A model generated the notes under the pieces. The model searched no databases and was not told the origin of the DNA. It saw nothing but the letters and a program-made list of their open reading frames with translations. A program made the position numbers and the translations under genes. Of a DNA stretch of 64,000 bases, positions 10,658-21,691 are shown in pieces. The stretch is from Myxococcales bacterium (GTDB lineage: Bacteria > Desulfobacterota > Binatia > HRBIN30): contig JBBILD010000005.1 in assembly GCA_037445065.1 (NCBI GenBank), positions 165,124-229,123 of the forward strand. The letters run 5' to 3'. The first letter of the stretch is position 1. Every line of letters begins with the position of its first letter.

Positions 10658-10734
10658 CGGGGTGTAGCTCAGACTGGTAGAGCGCACGGTTCGGGACCGT
10701 GAGGTCGCTGGTTCAAGTCCAGTCACCCCGACCA
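10658..10734 (+). tRNA. tRNA-Pro (anticodon CGG)
   Basis: Cloverleaf: acceptor CGGGGTG/CACCCCG, D-arm GCTCAGACTGGTAGAGC, anticodon arm CACGG-TT-CGG-GA-CCGTG, T-arm CTGG-TTCAAGT-CCAG, encoded ACCA 3' end; 77 nt. Confidence 0.98.
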
Positions 10735-10761
10735 TTCTTTCGCCGAACGACGCCACGTCCA

Positions 10762-11847
10762 ATGTTCGTGTCGAGCCACGAGAGAAAACGAGCCACGGGG
10801 CTGCTCGCCGTGGCAAGCAGGGCAATTTGGACGTGGCGTCGCTTTGCGGCGTGGCTGGTGGTTCTCGCCGTAGTCTGCCTGGTGGTCTTCTCGCCGTTCC
10901 CAGCAGCGCTCGCCACCACAGCCATCGTCACCGGCACGGAGTGGGTCTTCGTGCGCCGCGGACCAGGAAACCAGTTTCCGCCTTTTGCGCGGATTCCGAG
11001 CGGGAGTGCGGTCGAGGTACAAGAGGTCGAGGGCGAATGGGCGCGCATTGTAACGGCCAACGGGCAAGTCGGCTTCATTCATAAAAAGTTTCTCTCCTTC
11101 CCCACCGGCGGACAGCAGCCAGCTCGCGGGAGCGAAACGCAAAGCCCGCTCGGCCCGCCTCCTTCCCCAACTGCACACGTGGCGTTGCCAACACACCTGG
11201 TTCCTCCGCCACACAGTCCCGCCACCCTGCGTGCCCCGGCTACCACCGCAACTCGTCCCGGCACAGCCACACCGACGCGCACCCCGAGGCCGACGCGCAC
11301 GTCCGTTCCGACGCGCACTCCAACCCTAACGCGTTCGCCGACCGTGACTCGTTCGCCAAGCCCAACGCGGTCGCGAACGGCCACGCGCTCCCCAAGTCCC
11401 ACGCGCACTCCCACGACCCCCGCCACGACGGCAACCTGGAGGCACGGCGAGGCGCCCCCACCGCCGGCCTCCCCTGAGGCCGAGCTTACTGCCTCACCGG
11501 TGCTTCGTGCCAGCGTGCAGGAACTAGAGGCGGAACTCCTGTCTCTCAAGCAAGAGCTCCTCGTGTGCCGGCAACAAAACAGCCACACACCGTCCCTTGC
11601 CAGTTGCCCGGAAGAACTCAAGCAAGAATTGGCGCGGCTGCGCGAACTGTTCGAAACAAAAGCGCGCGCCTCTACGGTCCCCCTTCCTCCCAATCCCGAG
11701 CCGGGGAGTGCTGCCAGCTCGGACGAGCACGCCGTCTCTCCCATGGCAATCCTCTTTGGCACCGTAGGTCTGATTTTTGGCTGGTGGGGCGGGATTCGCT
11801 ACGCGCGCCGGCAGGAACGTGCTCGCCGTTCGCGCCTGCGCTTCTGA
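10762..11847 (+). CDS. Membrane-anchored SH3b-domain protein with long Pro/Thr-rich linker, coiled coil and C-terminal TM anchor (YgiM/HtrG-like)
   Basis: Signal-like hydrophobic segment, SH3b motif (VFVRRGPG...EWARIVTANGQVGFI), (T/S)P(T/S)R repeats, heptad region, C-terminal hydrophobic helix plus basic tail. Start uncertain. Confidence 0.75.
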   Translation: MFVSSHERKRATGLLAVASRAIWTWRRFAAWLVVLAVVCLVVFSPFPAALATTAIVTGTEWVFVRRGPGNQFPPFARIPSGSAVEVQEVEGEWARIVTANGQVGFIHKKFLSFPTGGQQPARGSETQSPLGPPPSPTAHVALPTHLVPPPHSPATLRAPATTATRPGTATPTRTPRPTRTSVPTRTPTLTRSPTVTRSPSPTRSRTATRSPSPTRTPTTPATTATWRHGEAPPPPASPEAELTASPVLRASVQELEAELLSLKQELLVCRQQNSHTPSLASCPEELKQELARLRELFETKARASTVPLPPNPEPGSAASSDEHAVSPMAILFGTVGLIFGWWGGIRYARRQERARRSRLRF

Positions 11848-11853
11848 ACGGGC

Positions 11854-12468
11854 ATGGGCTGGATCCTTGTGTTCTGGCTCGCGCTTGCGTTCCTGTGCGG
11901 TAGCATTCCGTTTGGGTACTTGTTCGCTCGGGCGCGCGGCATTGACGTGCGGCGCATGGGCAGCGGCAATATCGGCGCTACCAACGTGGCACGCACGGCG
12001 GGCCGCGCCCTCGGGCTCTGGACCCTCGTTGCAGACTTAGCGAAAGGACTGCTCCCGACCCTCGCAGCGCGCCTCAGTTTCCCGCATGGCGAGTGGGCAG
12101 CATGGGTGGCGCTCGCCGCCGTCCTCGGTCATGTCTTTTCACCTTGGCTTCGCTTCCAGGGTGGCAAAGGCGTTGCCACCGCGGCCGGGGGCATGGCGGT
12201 TGTGACGCCTAGCGCCACCGCCGGAGCAGTGGTGGTCTTTCTGCTCGTCGTCCTGCGCAGCCGCTACGTGTCGCTGGCCTCCCTGTGCGCGGCCCTCGCG
12301 CTACCCCTGCTGTGTATTCTCCTCCGCACTTCCGTGCACGCCTTTCTCGCAGCTGTCATCCTGGCCGCCCTCATCTTGTACCGCCACCGCGACAACTTGC
12401 AGCGCTTACTTTCGGGAACAGAGCCGAAACTTGGCCGGCCGGGACAAGCCGCAACGCCCGATAAGTGA
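11854..12468 (+). CDS. plsY: Acyl-phosphate:glycerol-3-phosphate acyltransferase
   Basis: GSIPFG, GSGNIGATNV, DLAKG, GH..SPWLRFQGGKGVAT, HRDNLQRL. Confidence 0.96.
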   Translation: MGWILVFWLALAFLCGSIPFGYLFARARGIDVRRMGSGNIGATNVARTAGRALGLWTLVADLAKGLLPTLAARLSFPHGEWAAWVALAAVLGHVFSPWLRFQGGKGVATAAGGMAVVTPSATAGAVVVFLLVVLRSRYVSLASLCAALALPLLCILLRTSVHAFLAAVILAALILYRHRDNLQRLLSGTEPKLGRPGQAATPDK

Positions 12469-12621
12469 ACGGGAGACTGTGGCCGCTTTTTCCACCGAGG
12501 GCGCCATCAGAGAGCCTGCCGAGTGGCCAGGGAAGCAGCACCCGGCACCCTCCGAGGCTTTGCCGCGCTGTGGCTTCCCGCGCAAAGGCGTCGCGGAGCC
12601 CACTGACGGGAAAAAGGGCAA

Positions 12622-12638
12622 TGCCTGCGCTTTAAGCA
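12622..12638. promoter_or_regulatory. Candidate NtrC-type enhancer site
   Basis: TGC-N11-GCA (TGCCTGCGCTTTAAGCA) about 65-80 bp upstream of the sigma54 -24 box; only the outer bases match the NtrC palindrome. Confidence 0.35.
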
Positions 12639-12702
12639 GCACGAGCAAGCGGGATCTCGCGACGCACGGCAGCTTCGCTGGCAACTCGTGTTTCGCCGCG
12701 TG

Positions 12703-12720
12703 TTGGCAACCATGTTGCAA
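12703..12720 (+). promoter_or_regulatory. Sigma54 (RpoN) -24/-12 promoter of amtB-glnB-glnA
   Basis: TTGGCAAC-CATG-TTGCAA: GG (12705-06), exactly 10 nt, GC (12717-18); about 50 bp upstream of the amtB start. Confidence 0.85.
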
Positions 12721-12769
12721 CCTTATGGCCCTGTTTCCGTGCTCGATTGCTAGGAGGGATGAGATCGCC

Positions 12770-14101
12770 ATGAAATGGTTCGCTCGAACCATCGGGAGAG
12801 AAGTGAAGACGCGGTTCGCGGGCGCCCTGGGTTTGCTGCTGTGCTCTGCGGCTGCGGCAGCAGCGCAGGAATCGCCCGCCGTGGACAGCGGGGATACCGC
12901 GTGGGTGCTGACGGCCTCCGCCCTGGTGTTGATGATGACGTTGCCTGGCCTCGCTCTGTTCTATGGAGGGTTGGTACGGGCAAAGAACGTCCTGAATGTC
13001 CTCATGCAGTGTTACATCTCGGCTGGCATCGTCGGCGTCCTGTGGGTGCTCATCGGTTACAGCCTCGCTTTTAGTGGGGGCGGCGCTCTGATTGGCGATC
13101 TGGCAAAAGTCGGCCTTGCCGGGGTAACAGCCGACTCGGTCGTCGCTAACTTCGCCACACCGCCGCGCAACATCCCCGAGTATGCCTACGCCATGTTCCA
13201 GGCCATGTTCGCGATTATCACCCCTGCGCTGATTCTGGGCGCGATTGCCGAGCGAATGAAGTTCAGCGCCTGGGTGGTGTTTCTCACCCTCTGGTTTCTG
13301 TTCGTGTATTGCCCCATTGCGCACATGGTGTGGAGTTCCGAAGGCTGGATCTTCAAGTCTGGCGCCATTGACTTCGCTGGCGGCTTGGTGGTGCACATGT
13401 CGAGCGGCTTCTCAGCACTCACCGCTGCTCTGCTCTTGGGCGCCCGCCGGGGCTACGGGCGCGAGCCGATGCCGCCGCACAACCTGCCTCTCTGCCTCAC
13501 CGGAGCAGGGCTGCTGTGGACCGGTTGGTTCGGCTTCAACGCCGGCAGTGCCCTCAGCGCTAGCGGCCTTGCCGCACTGGCGTTCGTCAATACGAATACC
13601 GCCACGGCCACGGCTGTTCTTGCCTGGGTGCTGCTCGAATGGCTGCACCGGGGAAAACCCACAGCCCTCGGGGCCGGCACCGCCGCGGTGGCGGGCCTGG
13701 TGGCGATTACGCCAGCGTGCGGCAACGTGAGTCCCCTAGGTGCGATCGGGGTTGGTCTCGGCGTAACCTTCATTTCGTACTTCGCGCTCACCTGGCTCAA
13801 GCCCACCCTCGGCTATGACGACTCGCTGGATGTCTTTGGCGTGCACGCCTTGGGAGGAGCCTGGGGTGCGTTCGCATCGGGACTGTTCGCCACCACTCTC
13901 GGGAGCGGCATTGAAAGCAACTTTCAGCAAGTCCTGGTGCAGCTCCGGGGTATCGTGTTCGTCGCCGTGTTTGCTCCCATTGCGTCCGCCATTTTGCTGT
14001 TCGTAACGCGCCTGATCACGGGCACTCTCCGGGTCACGGACGAGGAGGAGGTAGAAGGGCTCGATTTCTCCGAACACGGGGAGACCGCATACACTGCATA
14101 A
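12770..14101 (+). CDS. amtB: Ammonium transporter
   Basis: DSGDTAW, PGLALFYGGLVR, FQAMFAIIT, DFAGGLVVH, GWFGFNAGS, DDSLDVFGVH, HGETAY; AGGAGG RBS before ATG 12770; N-terminal signal peptide. Confidence 0.97.
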   Translation: MKWFARTIGREVKTRFAGALGLLLCSAAAAAAQESPAVDSGDTAWVLTASALVLMMTLPGLALFYGGLVRAKNVLNVLMQCYISAGIVGVLWVLIGYSLAFSGGGALIGDLAKVGLAGVTADSVVANFATPPRNIPEYAYAMFQAMFAIITPALILGAIAERMKFSAWVVFLTLWFLFVYCPIAHMVWSSEGWIFKSGAIDFAGGLVVHMSSGFSALTAALLLGARRGYGREPMPPHNLPLCLTGAGLLWTGWFGFNAGSALSASGLAALAFVNTNTATATAVLAWVLLEWLHRGKPTALGAGTAAVAGLVAITPACGNVSPLGAIGVGLGVTFISYFALTWLKPTLGYDDSLDVFGVHALGGAWGAFASGLFATTLGSGIESNFQQVLVQLRGIVFVAVFAPIASAILLFVTRLITGTLRVTDEEEVEGLDFSEHGETAYTA

Positions 14102-14173
14102 TGCGCGCGGCTTTACAGGCATGGCACGCTGGCGTAAGAGGGAGCGCAATTTCGAGCAGTACCGCTGCTGTGA

Positions 14174-14527
<354 letters not shown>

Positions 14528-14632
14528 AGTGGTCGTTCCAGATGTGCTCGCGCCACAGGAGCTGAACTTCGGGTCGGAGCGGAGTTTCTCCCACCCTGAA
14601 AATACGGTCAGTGAAAAGGAGGAGGAAGCAGG

Positions 14633-16045
14633 ATGACACCCAAAGAGGTGATCAAGTTCGCCAAAGAGCACAAAGTGACGATGGTGGACTTGAAGTTCAA
14701 CGATTTTCTCGGGATCTGGCAGCACTTCACGATCCCGGTCAGCGAACTCGACGAGAAGCTTTTTGAAGAAGGGTCGGGATTCGACGGGTCCTCGATCCGC
14801 GGCTGGCAGCCGATCCACGCCAGCGACATGCTCGTCGTGCCGGACCCTACCACCGCGGTCATTGATCCGTTCTTCGCAGAGCCGACCCTTTCGTTGATCG
14901 GCAACATCGTCGACCCGATCACGAAGGAAGACTACACGCGCGACCCTAGGAACATCGCGCGCAAGGCGGAGGCGTACCTGAAGAGCACCGGGATCGGCGA
15001 CGTTGCCTATTTCGGGCCAGAACCGGAGTTCTTCATTTTGGATGACATCCGCTACGGCCAGGATCAGCATTCCGGTTTTTACTTCCTCGACTCGATCGAG
15101 GGCCAGTGGAACACCGGGCGCGATGAAAAGCCGAACCTCGGCTACAAGCCGCGGTACAAAGAGGGGTACTTCCCCGTACCGCCGACGGACAGCCAGCAAG
15201 ACATCCGCTCGGAGATGGTGCGGGTAATGGAAGAGGTGGGCTTGCGGGTGGAAAAGCACCATCACGAAGTGGCTACCGCCGGGCAAGCGGAGATTGACCT
15301 GCGCTTCTTGCCGCTGGTCAAAATGGCCGACGCGCTCAACTGGTACAAATACATTGTGAAAAACGTGGCTCGCCGACACGGCAAGACAGCTACCTTCATG
15401 CCGAAACCGATTTTCGGCGATAACGGCAGCGGCATGCACACACACCAGAGTATCTGGAAAGGCGAGACGCCGCTGTTCGCGGGCGACCGTTACGGGGGCT
15501 TGTCCGACCTTGCGATGCACTACATCGGGGGCATCTTGAAGCATGCTCCGGCGCTTGCCGCCTTCACCAACCCGACCACCAACAGCTACCGGCGCCTGGT
15601 CCCGGGCTTCGAAGCCCCGGTCAATCTCGCGTACTCGAGCCGCAACCGCTCTGCCGCTGTGCGTATCCCGATGTACAGCCCCAGCCCGAAAGCCAAGCGG
15701 ATCGAAGTCCGCTTCCCCGACCCGACTGCGAACGGCTACCTCGCCTTTGCGGCAATGTTGATGGCCGGGTTGGACGGGATCCAAAAGCGCCTCTCACCGG
15801 GCGAGCCGCTGGACAAGGATATCTATTCCCTCACCCCGGAGGAACTCAAAGACGTTCCGGGCATGCCGGCTAGCCTCGACGAGGCACTCCAAGCGCTGCG
15901 CAACGACCACGACTTTTTGCTGCAGGGCGACGTGTTCACCGAAGACGTGATCGAGACTTGGATCGAGTACAAAATGAACAACGAGGTCAGCGCCATGCGC
16001 TTGCGCCCCCATCCGTGGGAATTCGCCTTGTACTTCGATTCCTGA
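14633..16045 (+). CDS. glnA: Glutamine synthetase type I (adenylylatable form)
   Basis: [53 protein letters not shown]; adenylylation-site Tyr in DKDIYSL. Confidence 0.98.
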   Translation: MTPKEVIKFAKEHKVTMVDLKFNDFLGIWQHFTIPVSELDEKLFEEGSGFDGSSIRGWQPIHASDMLVVPDPTTAVIDPFFAEPTLSLIGNIVDPITKEDYTRDPRNIARKAEAYLKSTGIGDVAYFGPEPEFFILDDIRYGQDQHSGFYFLDSIEGQWNTGRDEKPNLGYKPRYKEGYFPVPPTDSQQDIRSEMVRVMEEVGLRVEKHHHEVATAGQAEIDLRFLPLVKMADALNWYKYIVKNVARRHGKTATFMPKPIFGDNGSGMHTHQSIWKGETPLFAGDRYGGLSDLAMHYIGGILKHAPALAAFTNPTTNSYRRLVPGFEAPVNLAYSSRNRSAAVRIPMYSPSPKAKRIEVRFPDPTANGYLAFAAMLMAGLDGIQKRLSPGEPLDKDIYSLTPEELKDVPGMPASLDEALQALRNDHDFLLQGDVFTEDVIETWIEYKMNNEVSAMRLRPHPWEFALYFDS

Positions 16046-16072
16046 GCCAGGCTCGTAGACCTTAACCAAAAC

Positions 16073-16120
16073 AAAAAAAGGCTGGGAAGCGGTTACACGC
16101 TTCCCAGCCTTTTTCGTTTT
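16073..16120. terminator. Bidirectional intrinsic terminator between glnA and the convergent aldehyde dehydrogenase
   Basis: AAAAAGGCTGGGAAGCG-GTTACA-CGCTTCCCAGCCTTTTT perfect inverted repeat with an A-tract before and a T-tract after. Confidence 0.92.
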
Positions 16121-16131
16121 GCGCACCGGTT

Positions 16132-17568
16132 CTAACGAGCAAAGCGCAGCAAGAAATCAATCACCCGCCGGTGGAAGGGGCGATACGGCGGATAGAGCCA
16201 GTGTAACAGCGACAGCCGTGGAGCCGTGAAGATTGGACGCAGTTTGCTGAACTCCAAAAAGCCCTCGTACGCGTGGTACTGCCCCATACCGCTCGCGCCG
16301 ATCCCACCGAAGGGGAGGTCGTGCTGGGCGACGTGCAGTAACACGTGGTTCACCGTAACCCCACCGGACAGGGTGCGATACAGGATTTTCTCTTCCCGCT
16401 CTCGGTCGTGCGTGAAGATGTAGAGCCCGAGTGGGCGGTCATGGTGGTTGATGTACTCGATGACCTCATCCAAGTCGCGATAGGTCTTCACCGGGAAGAG
16501 CGGGCCGAAAATCTCCTCTTGCATCACGATCATGTCGTCGCGCGGATCGAGAATCAACGTGGGGGGAATCTTGCGCAACTGGTCGTTGCATTGCGCCCCG
16601 GGAACAAGCGGCACCAGGCGCGCACCTTTGCGTTCGGCGTCTTCCATCGTCTGGCGCAGCCGCCGGTAGGAGCGCTCGTCAATGATCGAGGTGAACGACT
16701 CGTCTTCGATGCGCGGGTATCGCTCGATCACGATTTTCTGTGCTGCGGTGACAAACGGTTCTACCCTACCCTCAGGCAGGAAAAGGTAGTCCGGCGCCAG
16801 GCAGGTTTGCCCTGCGTTGACGAACTTCCCGTAAAGGATTCGGGAAGCCGCTTCTTCTATGTCAAAGTCGTCGCACACGATGGTAGGCGACTTGCCCCCT
16901 AACTCGAGGGTCACCGGCGTGAGGTTCTCGGCCGCCGTCCGCATGACATTGCGGCCAGCATCGGCCGAGCCTGTGAAGATCAAGTGGTCGAAGGGAAGCG
17001 TGGTAAACTCTTGCGGGCGCACCCCGGGCAAAATGGCAACCCACTCTTCTGGAAATGCGGCGCGAAACCGCTCCGCCAAAAGCCGGCAGACCGTCTGCGA
17101 ATTGCTCGCCATCTTGATCATCGCCCGGTTGCCCGCCGCCAATACGCTGGTCAACGGGCTCACGGTCAGAAACACCGGGTAGTTCCACGGGGAAATGATC
17201 CCCACCACCCCTTCGGGTTGCGGCAGCACTCGGTTGGCCCCAGTGAAAAACATGGGCGACACTTTCCGCCGCTGAGGCTGCATCCATTTCTTCAGCATCT
17301 TGCGCGTGTAGCGAATGCCGTCCACGCAGCCGAAAATCTCGAGCATTTTTGTTTCTTCCGCGCAGCGGTGGCCAAAGTCCTGCTTGACGGCAGCCACGAT
17401 GTCCTCCGCGCTGTCCAGCAAAACCCGCTCGAGCTTGCGCAAGTGATCGAGCCGTTCTTCGAGCGAAGGGTATGGATGCTTCAAGTAGGCTTCTCGCTGG
17501 CGCAAGAAGATGCGCTGCGCCTCGGTTTCCACTGTCTCGATTCTGCGGAGCTGCGCTGTTTGGGCCAT
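16132..17568 (-). CDS. calB: Coniferyl-aldehyde dehydrogenase-like (ALDH class 3) aldehyde dehydrogenase
   Basis: GIISPWNYP, FTGS, TLELGGKSP, NAGQTCLAPDY (catalytic Cys), EEIFGP, PFGGIGASGMG; GAGGA RBS. Substrate unproven. Confidence 0.85.
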   Translation of the reverse strand: MAQTAQLRRIETVETEAQRIFLRQREAYLKHPYPSLEERLDHLRKLERVLLDSAEDIVAAVKQDFGHRCAEETKMLEIFGCVDGIRYTRKMLKKWMQPQRRKVSPMFFTGANRVLPQPEGVVGIISPWNYPVFLTVSPLTSVLAAGNRAMIKMASNSQTVCRLLAERFRAAFPEEWVAILPGVRPQEFTTLPFDHLIFTGSADAGRNVMRTAAENLTPVTLELGGKSPTIVCDDFDIEEAASRILYGKFVNAGQTCLAPDYLFLPEGRVEPFVTAAQKIVIERYPRIEDESFTSIIDERSYRRLRQTMEDAERKGARLVPLVPGAQCNDQLRKIPPTLILDPRDDMIVMQEEIFGPLFPVKTYRDLDEVIEYINHHDRPLGLYIFTHDREREEKILYRTLSGGVTVNHVLLHVAQHDLPFGGIGASGMGQYHAYEGFLEFSKLRPIFTAPRLSLLHWLYPPYRPFHRRVIDFLLRFAR

Positions 17569-18949
17569 GGATTCCTCCTTGCCTCGCGTCGGCGCACACG
17601 CGCCACTGTGTCGCCCGGAACTCTTGCACGCTCCTGCGCGTCACTCAACCCGGGCTCCGCCCCGGGGCACGAACAAGCACTGAGGGCAAGCTCCCTCCGC
17701 AGATGAGGCCGAACTACGGACAACACCCACTTCACCAACCCTTGCCCACCGTGCTCCAGGCGCCCCCCTTCGCCCAAGGCGCGCACTCTGCACCCAGCAA
17801 ACTCGTCCCTCGCCCCCAACAGGACCGGAACTGTCCGGTCGCCGCGCGTGGCGAGCCACGCCGCCTGTTCGCTCCCGGTACTACCAGAGCAGCCAGGGGG
17901 CCGAATGCACGCTGGCGAGTTTGCGTAGCTCCACCGTGCCACCTGTACTGACCAAGCCACCCTCCACGCTAGCGCTATCCAGCAACAAGATCGAATCCCG
18001 CGCAAGGATTGTACCTTCCATCCGCGCCCTACGGCCAAGCCGCGCCTCTCCCGAGACCCACCATAAGACCCTTTCCGCCGGCAATCCGCTGGGGCCCGGA
18101 GCGAAACCCGAAAGCACGAGACCTGCTCCGCGGCCCAGACGCAAACTGCCATACACCCGCAGCACGACGGCTTGCCTCCTAGGCGTCGCTCGTCAGGTCA
18201 GACGCGCCCCAGGACCGAGTTCGAGCGAATCTGCATCTACAACCACCAATCCCTCGTGATCGGGAAGCTGGACCCACGTGTTGTGACAAAGGTGAACGTT
18301 TCCCAGGGCCAACGCGCCCGGCAGACTCCCGAGTCGCTGCGCGCGCTCCACGGCCTTTCTTTGGGCCTCGGCGCACCACAGCAGCCGCTCGTTCACCCCT
18401 GAGTCGTCGCCTCCGTCGTTGCACCGTCCGGGTTGGCTCCCGAGGAGCAAGACCGACGCACCGTCGGTCACACACGATCCTTGTACCCACGCATTTTGCT
18501 TCAATGTGATCGAGCCCATGGCTACCAGATTGGCGAGGAGCCGCGCGCTCCGTTCGAGCGTTGCGCCCCCCGGAGCACACTGGCCCGCCGACCAATGCAC
18601 TGCGCCCGAGCTTAGTGCCGTGGAGCTGCCCACCGCCCTGCTGGAGAACTGCGTAGCCGCTCGGGCATTCTTCCGGCGCGACCGGCTCGTGCACACAGTT
18701 GCCGGCGCCATCACATTGATCCAGCGTGCACGTGAGGTCGTCTTCGCAGGCTGTGCCGGGGGCAGCCGGGTCGCTCTCCCGGCAGCCTCCCGCGCCGTCG
18801 CACTTCTCTACTGTACACGGATTCGCGTCGCCCTCGCATGCATGACCGCTCGCCTCGGGTTCGCAGCGCGCGTTACAACAATCTCCGTCCTGGGTATTTC
18901 CGTCGTCGCAGCGCTCGCCACTCTCCAGCACCCCGTTTCCACAGCCAGG

Positions 18950-19480
18950 CAGGGCCGGCGTGCGCGGAGTCGCCGTTCCGGTGGCCGATGGAGTCGCCGT
19001 CCTGGTAGCGGTCTTCGTCACCGTCGCAGAGGCGGTGTGTGAAGGCGTAACGGTGGGGGTGGCCGAGGCAGGCACCGGAGGGCTGGCTGTTTGCGACCGA
19101 GTCGCGGATGGTGTGGGTGTGGGTGGGTGCATTACCGTCACAGACGCGGAAACGGTCGGACTCGCGGAGGGCGAAAACGTCCAGGTGGCGGTCGGCAGCG
19201 GTGGCGTTGTGGCAGTGGGCGTCGGGCTGGAGCTCGCGGTCTCCGTGTGGGTGGCGGAAGGCAACCCCGTGCTTGCGGGAAGCGGAGTCTCGGTCCCGGT
19301 GGGAAGCGCCGTTTCCGTGGGAAGGGGCGTTTCCCAGGGTGGCACAGGGGTGTGAGTCAGGCTTGGGTTCGGGCTAGGAGTCGCGGTCGGGCTCGGGGTG
19401 CGGCTCAGGGCTCCGGTTGGCGTCCGCGTGCGGGACGGGGTCGGCGTTGAAGTTCGCGTTGCCGTGGCAGTGGGAACGAA
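18950..19480 (-). repeat. Low-complexity Pro/Thr/Ser-rich coding repeat (PTAT/TPTP/SPTA units)
   Basis: Translation PTATATRTSTPTPSRTRTPT...TATPSATGTATPRTP. Confidence 0.85.
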
Positions 19481-19489
19481 CTCTCGGAA

Positions 19490-20700
19490 GAGGTAGGCCG
19501 CTCCGGGAGTGGAAGCGAGGCGCCGCGGAGCGCCCACCGAGACAGACAAAGTCTCAGGAATTGAGACCCAGCCACTGACGTGGACCGCATACCCGAAATC
19601 AGACAAAGAGGCAGGGTCGCTCGGAACGAGCTTTTGTTGCTCAGTGATTGGGAACGAAGAAACGGACACCAGCCGAAAGACGTACGCAGCCGGGTCGTTG
19701 AATGGCTGACCTACAACGGCCAGAAGGCGGTCCTCGCTGAGCGCTACGGCACGACCAAACCCACGCCCGTTTGCGCCGTCGGAAGCATACAGGCTCCGGC
19801 TCCGCGCCAAGTCCTGCCACCCGGTGGCGGGATTGCGCACAAACAGATACGCGGCGCCAGAATCCACCGTGTTACCAGGCCCGGAAGGAGAGCCCACCAG
19901 CGCTGTGTCCATACGAACTGCCACCGCGGCTCCGAAGTTGTCGTTTGCGGCTCCGTCGCTCGGGGTTAGTTTGGCCGTGTGGCTCGCGTCCCCCCAACCA
20001 CCGCTCGGCTTAACGAACACGTACGCGGCTCCAGTTGCCAGTCCTGCCGCCCCAGGTGCAAACGGGGCTCCCGCAACCACCGTGCACTCGTCCAACAAGA
20101 GTGTCACGTCGACCGCCGTGCCGAGCTGGTAGCCACCGCCGCTGCCGTCGCCCGGGGTGAGTTTGGCGGTCTGCGTGACCGTACCAGCCCAGCTTGCTCG
20201 TTCGAATACGTATACAGCGCCTCGGTCAGTTGCGGCACCGGCGTCGTCCAGCGGCGCCCCTACCACAACCACGTCGTTGGAACCGTTCTGTACAGCCACC
20301 GCCACGGCAGTCCCAAAGGTGTCGTTGGCAAGGCCGTCCGAGGCGAGCAGCTTCGCGTTTTGGTTCAACACCCCGCTCCAACCGCCAGCGGGGCGAACAA
20401 AGACATAGGCCGCACCGCGGCCACCGTCGTGGCGAGGGACTCCGATCACGATTCGATCTCCCGCCATGGCGACGGAGGCGCCAAAACGGTCGCCAGCGAC
20501 TCCATCCGAGGCTCGCAACACGGCCACCTGAGTGAGGTTCGACCACACACCGCCAGGGGCCACGAACACGTACGCCTGGCCCTGATCCGCGTTGCTTGCC
20601 AGGTCTTTATTCGGCGCGCCCACAACCAGAGTGTCGGAGGAGATCGCGACTGTGAAGCCGAAAAAGTCTCCCGCACTCCCGTCCGAGGCCGTCACCTTGA
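19490..20700 (-). repeat. Seven FG-GAP (integrin alpha-like beta-propeller) repeats
   Basis: Seven units of the form SDG.A.D.FG..VA.....VVG(A/V/S/Q)P....GAAY(V/L)F. Confidence 0.85.
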
Positions 20701-21691
20701 CGCTCTGGATCAGCGGGTCGACGACGATCAGGTAGTCCGCGTCCCGGTCATCCACCCAAATCTGCAACTCCCCTTCCGCAAGGTGCCACTGCACAGGCAG
20801 GCTACGCCCAGCTCGGTCCCAGGCCGCAAACTTGCCGTAACGCACGACGGGTTCGCCCCGCGCGTTGGCAAAGGTCAATTCTCCTGCCGTTGCCTGCGCT
20901 TGCAGGTTTACCGCTTCGATGCGGATGCCCAGGATCAGGGGCTGCGAGCGCAATGCGAGGGAGTCCACGCCAAACGGTTCGCAGATCGTAAACCCGTGCT
21001 CCAGTCCAAGCGGTCCATTCTCGTACCACTCTACAACCCGCGCACTTTCGTACGAGGCTTCGAGCCGATTCCGCGCGAAGCGAAGGGCAGTGGCGGGGCC
21101 GGCCTCCACCCAGTGGCCTGCTCGCCCTCAGCGCGCCAGCTTGAGGCTCAGGGTCTCTCCCGTGCTCAGTTGCACGACCGCGCCCTGCGCTCGGAAGCGC
21201 ACGGCAAAGCTTTGGTGCCGATTGCTGGCCCACGCTCGGTTGGCGCGGCCGCGCACGTGGTACTGGTCGTCTGCGTGGCCTAGGCTGGCCGAGATGCGGC
21301 CGAGTGCCGGAATCGGTACGCGCTCCCAAGCGGCATGGGCCGGTTGGCCCCCAACTAGGATCGCAACCAGAGTGCATGTAACCACCGCGGTGGTCGCACC
21401 CGCAGCCACTGCGTTTTTTGAGTCAAGCTGCATGTTTCCCCTCCCTTCCCGCTGCAACGGAGGACGGTCGAATCGGGAACCAGCCGCGCGCCCGGCCCGC
21501 CCATCGCCGCATCGCTCCGCCGGAACGAGCCACGGCGCCGATGGCGGAGCGAGCACACGCGGCAGTGCGAGGGCCGCCATCGCCCCGCCAATCTTGCGCA
21601 CGCAGGTTACGCATCATCGAACCCCGCACTCCGCTTCTCCTGTTGCTTCCGCATTTGTTGCGGCATACGTAGAGGCGAATGGGAGGAGTGA

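Larger units (their letters stand above)
17881..21433 (-). pseudogene. Disrupted secreted multidomain protein: N-terminal beta domain, 7 FG-GAP repeats, Pro/Thr linker, Cys-rich repeats, DUF3494-like beta-solenoid C-terminus
   Basis: ATG 21433 with GGGAGGGG RBS and signal peptide (..PAHA). In-frame TGA 21128-30 in LKLAR*GRAG. ORF 18179-21109 carries the repeats. +1 frameshift at the C6 run 18566-71 joins ..GPVCSGG to ATLERSARL. A second in-frame TGA at 18193-95 joins to ORF 17881-18165. Confidence 0.8.

Noticed and set aside
10658..10734. tRNA-Pro as an integration site for a genomic island
   Set aside because: No integrase and no duplicated tRNA 3' end noticed; flanking genes are housekeeping.
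10699..10761. ORF-track start of the SH3 protein at 10699
   Set aside because: Falls inside tRNA-Pro; a start at or after 10762 is more plausible.
11220..11440. Repetitive DNA here and at 18950-19480 as a CRISPR array or non-coding repeat
   Set aside because: Repeats are degenerate, codon-phased Pro/Thr linkers within ORFs, with no constant repeat-spacer structure and no cas genes.
12470..12595. Glycine-riboswitch-like or ANTAR-like RNA upstream of amtB (GGGAGA..CCACCGAGGGCGCCA; GAGGGCGCC/GGCACCCTC stem; CAAAGGCGT)
   Set aside because: Lacks a proper CUCUCAGG core and paired ANTAR hairpins, and lies upstream of the sigma54 promoter. An Infernal/Rfam search would settle it.
12431..12769. 113-aa N-terminal extension of AmtB in the ORF track
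   Set aside because: Spans the plsY end and the sigma54 promoter; the RBS supports ATG 12770.
14122..14136. Second sigma54 promoter before glnB (TGGCACG)
   Set aside because: The -12 position reads TA rather than GC at the required 10-nt spacing.
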